Assembly (NCBI GenBank): GCA_964016885.1
Contig: OZ024743.1
Location: 252,836,001-252,900,000, forward strand
Direction: 5' to 3'
DNA length: 64,000 nucleotides
DNA from: Eledone cirrhosa
Taxonomy: Eukaryota
Each line of letters starts with the position of its first letter. Position 1 is the first letter of the stretch. Of the stretch, positions 1 through 12,609 are shown one piece after another. A program made the translations under genes and the position numbers. Under the pieces are notes generated by a model that was given only the letters and a program-made list of their open reading frames with translations, made no database searches and was not told the origin of the DNA.

Positions 1-224
1 GTTTACAATTGTTTCGCTATTCCATATAATATTTCTGGATCAGATGACTATATATCATAATTGATCTGGTTCAGTTGAAAATAATTAACATATATTCCTT
101 TGAAGTTCCGATCAGCCGCTCTGTCTTTTAAATATGTTAATTATTTTCAACTGAACCAGATCAATTATGATATATAGTCATCTGATCCAGAAATATTATA
201 TGGAGTAGCGAAACAAATGTAAAC
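1..224. repeat. Long inverted repeat (93-bp arms, 38-nt spacer); Penelope-like fold-back remnant
   Basis: 1-93 is the reverse complement of 132-224 with about 2 mismatches. The arm ends read GCGAAACAA(T/A)TGTAAAC. Confidence 0.85.
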
Positions 225-544
225 GGGCATTATTATTATTAATATTATTATTATTATTATTCTCTACATTCAAACTAAAATATGTTGACAATCTTTGTGA
301 AATGTGTGGTCTTGCTTTGCTTAACTAATGGATATTTCCAGCTCTGCGCACCTAACTTCTGCATGAACCCAGCCACCTAGCTGCTTTATACTGCATATTG
401 CACATTGAGCACATGCCTTTACGCTTTGGCTTCTTACTAATTCACCAAACTCACCTCTCATATGTCCTCTCCTATCTCCATCTCTCTCTTTAAGATTGGT
501 TACTCTTGAACTGTGTATATATATATATGTATATATATATATAT

Positions 545-945
545 AAGTATGTATACGTACATACATATATGTACAGTAGTATGTATATATATACATACAT
601 GCACACATATATATATATGTACGTATGGGTTTACTGAACATTTATTATGATGTTCGGTTTGTTTGTAAACAAACAGCCCGAATTACGTATACATACTTAT
701 ATTTAAGTATCAGCCGTACTAAGAGTGAGAAATGAAATTTCGTTTCATTCTTTTCCTTTTATCGTTTTCGGTACGCCCAGCCGACTAACTCACTTGATAT
801 GCAAATTAGGCTGCTCAGCTGTTAATATGCATAAGGAAAGTATATACTTTCAAACGTTCAATCATCTGACAGGAAGGTATACGATGCTGATGATAGCTAA
901 TAAGCTTGAAACTAGTTCATCATTCCTTTGTCAGTGTTGATTCTG
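545..945 (+). mobile_element. Non-coding Penelope-like/ribozyme-bearing repeat, copy 1
   Basis: Shares blocks with 58395-58730 (GTACGTATGG..TTTAC.GAACATTTATTAT..., CAGCCGTACT.AGAGTGAGAAATGAAATTTCG). The 820-940 block is inverted in that copy. Confidence 0.6.
881..923 (+). ncRNA. Minimal type I hammerhead ribozyme motif
   Basis: Reads acGATG-CTGATGA-tAGCtaataaGCTt-GAAA-CTAG-TT-CATCat: core boxes, stem I GATG/CATC, short stem II and palindromic stem III (ACTAGT). Confidence 0.7.
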
Positions 946-1564
946 CTACAATATGAATCCGTTATCACTATAACTGTGATGTATCAGGTCAACTCTGGCA
1001 GTCCCTTGGATAAAAAATCCCCTGCTTAGATAAAGACCAAAATCCTGCTGATGATAACTTACATCAATCAACATTTGTAATATTTGGAAATACTGCATAA
1101 CTTTTGTGAGTAACACTTACTGATGCAACTGTTGTGCATAGAACATTGTATTAAAACTGTAGAGTTTGACTCTCTTTATTGTATCCACACTAAACCATTT
1201 ATTTACTAATTAACGTATAGTGACCACTCTGGGCTACAAATTCATACTTACAACATATGGTTTTTGTAAATTCACTGAGTGAGTAGATAGCAACTTAGCT
1301 AGATGGACTGTAAATAAATAGGTTCGTTAAACTTAATTTATATATGTATAAATATATATATATATATATACACACACACATATACATTTCTATATATGTC
1401 AATATATATTTCTGTATATGATGTTCATTATCTTTTCAATTCAAAATGAAATTCGTATTTTCTAGCATGTTAACATGCCTATGTATTAAATTTGTATATA
1501 TATATTTATACACGTTGGTGCAGTCTTGGTTATGCATTCTATATTTATACAGATATAACTTCAT

Positions 1565-1597
<33 letters not shown>

Positions 1598-1623
1598 TAT
1601 ATTATATATATATATGTATATAA

Positions 1624-4190
1624 ACATCATCCCCATTTAATGTTCATTCTCCATGCTAGTATGGATTAGTTGAGCTAATCCATTGTGAGAGAAACCAGGC
1701 TGGATGACTGTCTTGCTCATACAGAACTGATTTTGGTTTGGTTTCTACGACTGGATGCTTTTCCTAACACCAATCACATTTACAGTGTGTACTGGGTGCT
1801 TTTTGTTGTGATACCTACATTTTGTTGTGATACCTACATTAACACTTTACAGTGTGGACTAAGTGCTTTTTGTTGTGATACCTACATGAACACTTTACAG
1901 TGTGGACTGGGTGCTTTTTGTCATGACACCTTCACAACCACTTTATAGTATAGATTGTTTTTTTTTTTACCATGACACCTTTACAGTGTGGATTGGGGAT
2001 TTGTGATGGGGAGGTGCATGGGTATTGGGAAGGTAGATCTCAAAGTTTGGTGGAGTGTTATGACATGGGGAGGGGTTACAAAATGGGAGGTGTAGGGATG
2101 GGGTGATAGAGGGTAAGGTGCTGCATACGAGATGCTTGCCTCAACTCATGGAAGGCGGGTTTTCTGTATTACTGCATAACACCACGGATCACTGTCCCCT
2201 GTCATCACCTTTCAGAAGTGCAATTGTGCAAGGTCAGCTTTTATCACCTAATCTCAATTCTTCCTGGGTCTTCCTACTCCAGAGCTTCCATCAACATTGA
2301 GTACTTTGAAAATATTTATATAGCTGTCATCCTTCATACACATCCCATGCCTATACCAACACAATTTCTCCTGCACTCTGCATCTGACTCCTCTTAATAC
2401 CCAATTTCTCACTTAGTTCATTTACAATTTGCTGTCCATGCATATGACTATTACACACTCATCGGAGCATTCAGGCTCCATTTCTTTCCAATCTTGGCAG
2501 GTCCTCTGCACACAGCACCTAGTTCTCACTACCATGCAACATTGTTGTTTGTATACATGCATCATATAATCTGCCCTTAATTTTGAGGAAAACAGTTTTT
2601 GTAGTTCGCAGCGGTAGTAGCCCCTTAAATTTTTCCAACCCATTCTCACTCTGGATACTCACTTCCACTGCTAATTTGGTCACCAATGTAACAGAAATTA
2701 TCTACTACTTCTACAAAGCCCTCTGAGCATTTGAAGGCACTTGTATCCTGTGGTATCTTGCTATTTACTGCTCCTGTGTATCAGCCAGATGTAAAACCTA
2801 CGTTCTTTGCTAGCCTGTCTGAGATCCCACTGCATCTCTTGTGTAACAATAGTTTGCATTTTGGACAGGGGATAGAAGACCATTTTCCTGAGGGAATCTG
2901 GGCCTTGTTTTCCTTCTACATACTTGAACTTTGGTCGTTGAAAAATTATCTTTAAGACCATTTGATTCTAGGCCATGCTTCCAGGTTTGGACTTTCTTCT
3001 TTAATTCTGCCATAGAGTAAGCTATAAGGGTTAGGTCATCTGCATGCAGAAGTTCCTATGGGCAGCCAGTCTTAAACCTCTCTGTTATAGTCTGCAGGAC
3101 GATAATAAACAGGGGAAGGTTAAGAACAGAGGCCAGTTGGACATATACTTATATGCTAAATTCTTTGCTATAGTAATTGTTAATTCTTACCTTACTGACT
3201 GTTCCTCTATACATGGCTTCTACTGCCTTCCCAAGACATTTGTCTACTTATTTTCTAAGAGCCCATCAGATAATGGAATAGGAGACTCTGTCAAAAGCTT
3301 TCTCCGGGTCAACAAATGCCACGTAGAGGGGTTTACCTTTACCTAGGTACTTCTCCTGCAGTTGCCATAAAAGGGAGAGGGCATCAGTAGTACTTTTAAC
3401 TGTCATCTAGCTTAACTTGGTCCCTAATCAGCTGTGCTATAACTCTTTCTGTGACATTCATCACCTGGTCAACCAACTTGATGCCTCTATACTTTTCTCT
3501 GTCTAGTACATCTCCTTTGCCTTTGTAACAGTTGATGACGATGATGTTATGCAAGTCATCGGGTATGACACAATTTTGTATTACTTGGTTTACAATAACC
3601 GTGACTTTGGTATGACCTACCATTCCTGATGCCTACAGCACCATGGCAACTATCCTCGAAGATCCAGCTGCTCTGCCTGTCTTCATATCTTTGATTGCCT
3701 TACTTAATATACTACAGCTGACTTGTACAGCCAGTCCCTTTGCTGGGTCCACTTGGGGAAAACCATCTCCTTCCCATGCATTCTGCTCGTTCATTAATCT
3801 TCCATAGCAGTGCTTCCATGCTACTTTCTTCTTAGTGTCAGTGATGGCAAATATGCCAATATCATCCCAGACACACTTCTCTCCATCAACATCACAATTT
3901 TCCCTGACACACTACTTTGTAATCCTGAACACCTCATGCCTTTGGTCCTCACGCTGCAAAACAAGCTTCATTTTTTTTTATTTTCTGCTTCCATTCTTGC
4001 AAAGTATACTTGCTGCCTAACTTCTCTCCTAGCATTCTGGTAGACTTCTATGCTTCCCCCATTCTGCCATTCTTCCCATGCCTGTCTTTTGACCTACATT
4101 CTCTCATCTACCTTATTATTCCACCACTGAGCCTCTCTCCTTCTTCCTAGATAGCTGCTCCAGCCAGAGATTTCGTTTGTTTTTCACTAG
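1624..4190 (-). mobile_element. Decayed 5'-truncated RTE LINE
   Basis: Minus-strand fragments match the RTE ORF at 15-18 kb (VGHTKVTVIVNQVIQN, INCYKGKGDVLDREKYRGIKLVDQVM, QTWKHGLES). It has 3' UTR sub-repeats and a tail next to (TA)n at about 1620. Confidence 0.9.
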
Positions 4191-4617
4191 ATATATATGT
4201 ACAGGAAACATGTAACTGAGACTGCATAAATGTCTACATAAATGTCAACTTTTTAGTATAAACAAACATGCCATCACCACCATCATTTTATATCTGCTTT
4301 TTCATGCTTGCAAGGGTGGGACAGGTCCTCTTCAGCACAGCATCCCTCCATTTGTCACAGTGCTTGTCATCTCCTCTGTGAGCTTCAGTGGTATATACAT
4401 TTCCCCTAAATTGAAAAAAATGTGATACACCTTTAATTGGTTTTCAAGTTGAATTCTGCTTTCATGAAAAGGCATGTATATCACCAAAACAACTAGAAGG
4501 AAATACCTAATTGATGGACTCTGTCGCTTGTAGTAGTATCCGAAAATAAACATTAATTTAAATGAACGCTCAACTGGGCTTCAAAACTTGTTAAAGATGC
4601 TTATATGTTTCTCTGCA

Positions 4618-4679
<62 letters not shown>

Positions 4680-4879
4680 TTTGTTGGTTTACCACTGGAT
4701 AGAACTGCTCATTCCGTATGTTCAACCTTGATGTAATATTATGGAGAGCACTCAACGTAATGCAACTCACCCGTCTTCGTTTGAGTAGTTAGTGGTGTGA
4801 GTACGGAGTTAATTATTATAAAATAACAGGAGGCAGGACTGGTGTAATTCCTTTCAGTTGAAATATGGTAATAAAATAA

Positions 4880-5085
4880 TTAACCCTTTAGCATTTACAT
4901 TACTATATATTTACTATTGTATTTTCATGTTAAAGGGTTTACCTCCAATCTATGAGATTTTGATATTATTTATTTTGAGAACAATACCTTAACATTAGTA
5001 TGAGTGGCTTGTTACAGCCAGTTTGAACAGAAAGAGGTGAGAGAATTCCGGCTGGATGTGGCCGGTTTAAATGCTAAAGGGTTAA
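4880..5085. mobile_element. piggyBac-type MITE
   Basis: TTAA-CCCTTTAGCATTTA ... TAAATGCTAAAGGG-TTAA terminal inverted repeats with TTAA flanks. A related copy lies at 48879-49259. Confidence 0.75.
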
Positions 5086-6359
5086 TATGTTCATACATAT
5101 TTTTTTAAGCCTACGACCATAATTTCACTTAAAAATCTATTTGTAAGTTATGTTTGTAACAACAACTTAACAAAGAGAAAGTTGTATTACTAAATCTCTT
5201 TAATTCTCACCTATGTTGAACATCACTTGAAAATCATAGGCAGTGTCTTTCATTAGCAAGTATATGGTAATGAAAGGGTTAAACATTGTTCTGCATTTTA
5301 TTTTCATATCTAAACCAGCAGGTACTAAACAGCTAACATATCAGACAGCAATGAGGCATTATAAACTCTTAAGTTTCAAACGATTTAGAAACCTATTGAC
5401 TAAAACAGCTCCATTATTGACAGGAAAACTAACAATTCTAACAGCTATGCCCTCAATACTTATCAGGTGATGACATTTCACCTAAAGGGATTGATCATAT
5501 CAGTATCTTTGAACCATTGAGCAAATTATCTGGAAACTAAATGTACTCATTCTGTCAGATTTCAAATGCAGCAAAAAATTTGCCCTTTTTCCTACTACCG
5601 GAATATCACCCAACCAAATTCTTTGGCCCACAAGCAATATAAGAATTATACAATGTTTTAAAGTTCTTTCATAACACATAGCTAATTTCTTTAGTTACTT
5701 AGTTATTTTTTGTTTATATCTTTTTTTTTTCACTCCTCTTTATCTTTTATGTTTTCAGTCTTTTTCATTCTTTTATCCTGCAGTTCTGTTTACTTCCTCT
5801 CTGCAGTAAATAGTAATAGAGCAGAAAACAACAAGAATAACAAAATAAAATGAAATAATAAAAAATAATAAAATATACAAATAATCGTATTTTTCTTCTT
5901 TAGTTCACCGATAACAACTTGATTTCAGCTAAATGCCTGCTATCAGAAGAAAGATTTCAAACTCCAAATGTTTTAAACTAATCAATGAAAGTTGTCAGCC
6001 ATTTTGCTTTCAGACTCTGCTGTAATGAAACAGACTTTATTTGTTTGTTGTTGTTGTTGACGTTCCATAATACAGTGGGTCCATATATTATGCAATCAAT
6101 GGGTTCTCCACCTAACTCTCTGTCACCAATGCTGCAATATTAAAAAGAAAAATCATGTACGTTCAAGAAACTTATATGAATGTGTATCTGTTTGTTGATT
6201 GTTCTGGCTTCTAGCATTCTGAGTTCAAATTGCAGAATAGCCTAAGTAGGAAATGTTACAATTAATCAGTTGCCTGGTTTAATGACCTCCCCTGATTCTT
6301 GAAGGCCTTTCCTAGTACCAAAACCACTGCAAGCATTTGGTCCAGGTCTCCAGTTTGAG

Positions 6360-6845
6360 AATACTTCCTCCCTCCATCCCCCATGACTTGGAGACCATGA
6401 AATAATTGGAGGCATTGCTGTTATCCCCTCCTTCATACTCTATCAGAGTCCCTAAAAAAGGTCTTATGCATTGCTCTTCCTTCCCTACCTTATACAAACT
6501 CAGAGACCCCGAGAAGAGGTCATAGACACTGCTCTTCCAAACACCCTCTTACCATCTCAGAAAGCCTAAAAGTGGGCCTTATCCACTGCTCCTCCCTCCC
6601 TCCCAGCATATCAGAGGCCTTGAGATGGTGGTCATAGATATTGGTATTCCAAAATCCCTCATACCCTCTCAGAGGCCCTGAGAGAAGATCATAACCTCCT
6701 ACTATATCAGAAATCCAGCTTTTCCCTCTCTCCCTCCTACTTATCTTGGAAGCCCTGACAGAGTTAATAGGTGCTGCTCCACTTTCTCCCTCCTATCCTT
6801 AGAGACCATGAATGGAGACATAGCCACTGCTGATATCTCCCTGAC
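6360..6845. repeat. Degenerate ~56-bp tandem repeat (about 8 units)
   Basis: TCAGAG/TCAGAA..CC recurs at about 6443, 6499, 6557, 6611 and 6668, each followed by CAT.G.CACTGCT-like and C-rich segments. Confidence 0.6.
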
Positions 6846-8023
6846 TTGACAGCAAAAGTAAAATAGAAAGAGAAAATAGTCAAAAAATCATTTTAAAAAA
6901 AGCAAATGTCTCAGAAATGTTCTCCACCCACAGGAGAAGCTGCTTCAAAAAGTCACATTCCAGCCCATGCAAGCATGGAAAACGCTGACAGTCGTCTCTT
7001 AATAAGGCACAAAGAGAAGAATATTTAGAGATAGGGGAAAATTGATTAAACCAACTGCAGTAGTTTACTGGTACTTTATTCTATTAATCTAGGAAGGATG
7101 AAAGGCAAAGTCAACATCAGAGGGCTGTAATAAAGTACAAAAATATCTAAAACTATTGGCAATATCTAAAACTATTGGCAATAGAATTCCTCAGTGAATA
7201 AAGTTACAGTTAGCTTGCCAACAGTATACTATTGAAGCAAGCTTGCCAATGAAAGAGGCTACCTTATCATAAAATATAATGTCATAAAAATAGTGATTCT
7301 ATAATACATCCTATGATTTAAAAAAGAAAGTATACATACACACACATATACATGCACACACACACACATATATTTATATATGTGCATATATATATATATA
7401 TATACAGATACATACATATATAAATAAACACACCAACAAATATATATAAATATACATATATATATATATATTAATGAAATCTTTCAGTAAATCATTTACA
7501 TGAAGAAACTATAACATGAATTACTTTTTTGTGGGAGGGGGAGAAATTTAAGGAGAATTACACAACTTTTTGAACATCACCTGTTTATCAAGATTTAGTT
7601 TAAAGTTGTACACCAAATAAACCTGTACAAATACATGGAGCCAGGAGATTTTATGTAATCCATTTGAATGTATATAAGTTATTAATCCTAGAGGGACGTC
7701 ATAAAATGTTGGTATAGTAAGCCAACAATTTTAGTGTTATATGGAAAACAACAACAATATCAAACAAAATACTCCCATCTTAAATATTAATAAATTTTAT
7801 AAAATGGTGAAGATTTTTTTATTCTTTTAATGCTTTCTGTCATTAGACTGTTGCCATGCTGAAGCATCACCTCATATGATTTTAATAAATTATGTTGATA
7901 CCAGTACATACTTTTTCAAGCATGTTACTTATTTTTATCAATCTTTGTTTGTTGAACTACCAATTTAAGGAGGATAAACAGTAAGAATAATTACAAACAA
8001 AGAAACGGACCCCCACCCCCTCC

Positions 8024-8072
<49 letters not shown>

Positions 8073-8384
8073 CACAATGGAATTCAATACAATTTTCGTT
8101 TAGCTAAATTCAATCACAAAGAAGTGGGTGTAGTAGAAATTTACTTGACACTGTTTCAGAAATGATGATAATGGGTTCTGGTTTAGGCACACATTTTGGT
8201 GGAAGGCGAAAGTCAATTTAATCGATTCAGTGCATTATTGGTGTTTTATTTTATCCACTCTGTAATGATGAAAGGCAAAGCAAACATAGGCAGAATTTGA
8301 ACTCAGACTGTAAAAAGCTATATGCTGTAAAGCATGTTATCCGATGTCCTATCGATAATGCAAATCCACAGCCCTCTTAATAAT

Positions 8385-8927
8385 AAACCCGTAAACTGCA
8401 TTGCCAAGTATGTGCACAGGAAGCTCTGCCAATCTAATGACATCCAAATCTCCAACAAATGGTATGAACATCAACCAAAAACAGTTATGGAAAATGGCAA
8501 CATACTCATTCTGTGGGATATGTCTGCTAAATACTGCCCAAATATTATTATAAAAACAAAACAGATAAGAGCTGTAACCTGATAGATATTGCTCTACCAG
8601 CTGACAAGAAAGAATGCCTTGTAAAAAAATGGAAAAACTGTTAAAGTACAAAGACCTAAAAACGTAGATCAACTCCCTGTGGAGGATGACCACAAACCCT
8701 ATTCCTGTGGAACTAGGAGCACTGGGTTAAATACACAAATCATCAGACCTGCACATTAACGCCCTTTCCTGCAAGATTACCAAATATGAGTTACAGAATA
8801 TTGAGCTACTAGGAATAGGAACAGCACATGTTCTCAGATGAGCTCTCTCTCGTTCAACAATGAAAACTTCTATTACCAATGCCTGAACCCGGCAACAGGA
8901 AACAGAACAGAACTGAGCGAAATAAGA
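8385..8927 (+). mobile_element. Dong/R4-clade non-LTR retrotransposon, 3' fragment (family B, decayed)
   Basis: IAKYVHRKLCQ..SNKWYEHQPKTVMENGNILILWDM, KYKDL, IPVELGALG and GTAHVLR motifs of the RLE domain. It ends at (TAA)n. Confidence 0.8.
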
Positions 8928-8928
8928 C

Positions 8929-8982
<54 letters not shown>

Positions 8983-9025
8983 AATAATGATAATAATAAT
9001 AATAATGATAATGATAATAATAATA
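8928..9025. repeat. (TAA)n/(TAATGA)n microsatellite
   Basis: Seen directly in the sequence. Confidence 0.95.
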
Positions 9026-9027
9026 AA

Positions 9028-9145
9028 ACAGCAAGAACCCTCCGATACGTCCTGAATATCTGAGGCTGCAGGTAGTGGCTTGATATTCAATCCAACGGAC
9101 TTTCCAGTTAACCAACATCAATGACTGAGATTCAAGGAATAACAA
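9028..9145 (+). mobile_element. Extreme 3' end of Dong/R4 family A
   Basis: AGCAAGAACCCTCCGATACGTCCTGAATATCTGAGGCTGCAGGTAGTGGCTTGATATTCA is identical to 12480-12539. Confidence 0.9.
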
Positions 9146-9170
9146 CAACAATGATAATGATAATGATTAT

Positions 9171-11048
9171 ACCAGGCCCAGAGGGTGTGCAGGGGTATTG
9201 GATTAAAAATATAACATCCCTCAACCCAAAACTGACAACCATGTTCAATGACTGCTTGATGTCAGGTGAGGTACCAGAGTGGTTGACAAAAGGTACCACA
9301 GTTCTGGTAATGAAAGACCGAATCAAGGGTAATGATGTTACCAACTATAGACCTATTACATGTCTGTCCGTAATGTGGAAACTGTTGCCAAGCATTGTGT
9401 CTGAGGAAATCTACCATCACCTCCACACAAACAACTTGTTACCGGACGAACAAGAAGGATGCCGAAAGAAGTCCCGTGGTACAAATGACCAGTTACTTAT
9501 GGATAAGATGGCAATGAGGAATTGCAAGAGGAGACACACTGGTCTTGCCATGGGATGGATAGAGTACAAAAAGGCATTTGACATGGTGCCTCATTCTTGG
9601 ATCACCAAAAGCCTAGAGATCTTCAAGGTGGCAGATAACATCAGACAGTTGTTGAGCAAAGGTATGAAGTCCGGGAAAACAGAGTTAACATCAGCTGGAG
9701 AATCCTTGGAAGGCGTGAAGATCAAGAGAGGTATCTTCCAGCGAGATACTCTGTCCCCTCTGTTGTTTTTCCTTGCCCTGGTGCCCCTGACAATTATACT
9801 GCGAAAAGTGAGAGCAGGATACAAGTTGGGAAAGGGACAGCTTACCATCAATCACCTCCTCTTCATTGACGATCTTAAGCTCTTTGGGAAGAGTGAGAAG
9901 GAGTTGGCTATGCTTGTTGAGACTGTCCATATTTTCAGCAATGATATATGTATGCAATTTGGTATTAGTAAGTGTGGAGTCCTTGTGATGAAGAGGGGTA
10001 AATTGAGCAGAAGCAACGGAATCCAGGTAAAAACAGGTAAGATGATAAAGGAAATTGACATTGAAGAAGGATACGAGTATTTGGGTGTTCTGGAGGCTGA
10101 TGACATCAAGAACCAAAAAATGAAGGAATTGATAAGATCTGAATACATTTTGAGAGTAAGGAGTGTATTAAATTCACATCTGAACAGTAGGAATGCCATA
10201 AGTGCAGTAAATTCCCAAGCTGTGTCTATTATTAGGTTAAGTGCGGGAAGTCTGAGATGGAATGTTGCTGAACAAAAAGAAATGGATAGGAAGACTAGGA
10301 AGCTATTGACTATCTACAACATGTTTCACAAGAGGAGTGATGTCGATATACTCTACTTAAGGAGATCTGAAGGTGGAAGAGGTCTTATCAGCATAGAGGA
10401 TTGTGTTCAGATGGAGAAAAACAACCTACATAAATACGTGACTGATAGTAAGGGGCCAATGCTCAGAATTGTAGTGAAGGAGAGGACAATAAACCAAGGG
10501 ATGCCCAAGGAGGAAATAACAACAAGGAGAAAGAGCACCTTTCATGAAAAATCCCTTCATAGTACCTTCTTTGAGAAAACTGAATTCAGAGATCCACAGA
10601 CATGGAACTGGTTGAATAGGGGAGACCTTGAAAAGTCTACAGAAGGAATGCTAATGGCTGCGCAAGAGCAGGCCCTCAAAACGAAGAGGCTGAAACACCA
10701 TATTTACAAGGAAGAGGCTAGCCCACTGTGCAGGATCTGTGGAGAGAGAGAGAAGACTCTGGTTCACATTGTATCCGAGTGTAAACACCTAGCCCAGACT
10801 CACTATAAAGGCTGGAGACATGATGTGATGGGCAGGGTGATCCGCTGGCACCTATGCAAAGTAAACAATTTACCTCATTCTGAGAAGTGGTATGAGCATA
10901 AGCCAGAGTCGGTGTAAGAAAACGATCAGGTGAAGGTGCTGTTGGATTTTAGGATACAGACGGACAAGAAACTGGCACACAATAGACCTGACCTGGTGGT
11001 TTTGGACAAGGAAAAAAGATTGTGCCTGATTGTAGATGTAGCCTCCAT
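9171..11048 (+). mobile_element. Dong/R4 family A, copy 1: RT, CCHC knuckle and start of RLE; truncated at both ends
   Basis: Open frame to 10917 with NYRPITCL, KKAFDMVPH, GIFQRDTLSPLLF, LLFIDDLKL, GGRGL, CRICGEREKTLVHIVSEC and RHD, followed by NRPDLVV. Confidence 0.95.
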
Positions 11049-11082
11049 CAATGGATGGTAAAAGAAAATTGGCCCGCCCCGC

Positions 11083-12560
11083 AGATCAAGAGAGTTATCT
11101 TCCAGGGAGATAGTTTGTCCCATCTGTTGTTTTTCCTTTCCCTGATACCCCTGACCATTGTATTGCGAAAAGTGACAGCAGGATACAAGTTGGAAAAAGA
11201 GAGCTTACCATCAACCACCTCCTCTTCATGGACGATCTTAAACTCTTTGGGAAGAGTGAGAAGAAGTTGGATGTACTTGTTGACACTGTCCGTATTTTCA
11301 GCAATGATATATGTATGCAATTTGGTATTAATAAATGTGGGGTCCTAGTGATAAAGAGGGGTAAATTGAGCAGAAGCAACGGAATCCAGGTACCAACAGG
11401 TGAGATGATAAAGGAAATTGACACTGAAGAAGGATACAAATATTTAGGTGTTCTGGAGGCAGATGACATCAAGAACTAAAAAATGAAGGAATTGATAAGG
11501 TCTGAGTACATTAGGAGAGTAAGGAGCGTATTAAAATCACATCTAAATAGTAGGAATGTCATAAGTGCAGTGCATTGCCGAGCGGTGTCTATTATTAGGT
11601 ACAGTGCGGGACTGTGTTCAGATGGAGAAAAACAACCTGCACAAATACGTGACTGACAGTAGGGAGCCAATGTTCAGAATTGTAATGAAGGAGGGGACAA
11701 TAGACCAGGGGATGTCCAAGGAGGAAATAACAGCAAGGAGGAAGAGCAACCTTCATGAAAAATCCCTTCATAGTACCTTCTTTGAGAAAACTGAATTAAG
11801 AAATCCACAGACATGGAACTGGTTAAAAAGAGGAGACCTTAAAAAGGCTACAGAAGGAATGCTAATGGTTGCGCAGGAGCAGGCACTCAAAACGAAGTGG
11901 GTGAAACACCATATTTACAAGTGGAGGCTAGCCCACTGTGTAGGATCTGTGGAGAGAGAGAGAGGAGACTGTGATTCACATTGTATCCGAGTGTAAACAC
12001 CTAGCCCAGACTCACTATAAAGGCTGGAGACATGATGTGATGGGCAGGGTGATCCACTGGCACCTATGCAAAGTAAACAATTTACCACATTCTGAGAAGT
12101 GGTATGAGCATAAGCCAGAGTCGGTGATAGAAAACGATCAGATAAAGGTGCTGTGGGACTTTAGGATACAGACGGACAAGTAAGTGGAACAGAATAGGCC
12201 TGACCTGGTGATTTTGGACAAGGAAAAAAAATTGTGCCTGATTGTAGATGTAGCCTGCCCATTTGACACAAGAGAGCAAGAAAAGGAGAGTGAGAAAATT
12301 AACCGATGCCAGGACTTAAAATGGGAGGTAAAAAGGATTTGGGACTGCCAGGAAGTCAGAGTTGTGCCGATTGTCATAGGAGCACTAGGTACTATCTCAA
12401 AGAGTTTCCAAGGATGGTTAAAGAAAATTAGTCCAGCCCCGCTTTTTGGAACACTTCAAAAGGCATGCTTGCTGGGAACAGCAAGAACCCTCCGATACGT
12501 CCTGAATATCTGAGGCTGCAGGTAGTGGCTTGATATTCATTTCAACAAACTTTCAAAGAA
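11083..12560 (+). mobile_element. Dong/R4 family A, copy 2 (RT C-half, RLE and 3' UTR; frameshifts and internal deletion)
   Basis: Repeats 9719 onward. Carries MDDLKLFGK and NRPDLVILDKEKKLCLIVDVACPFD..VPIVIGALG..LQKACLLGTARTLR. Followed by an AAT-rich tail. Confidence 0.95.
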
Positions 12561-12609
12561 TAATATTAATAATAATAATAATAAATGAATAAATAAATAT
12601 GTGAGTGGT

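Noticed and set aside
9121-9170. N-terminus of the 598-aa ORF as a real protein start
   Set aside because: It runs through the upstream 3' UTR fragment and microsatellite linker. Homology begins only at about PGPEGVQGYW.
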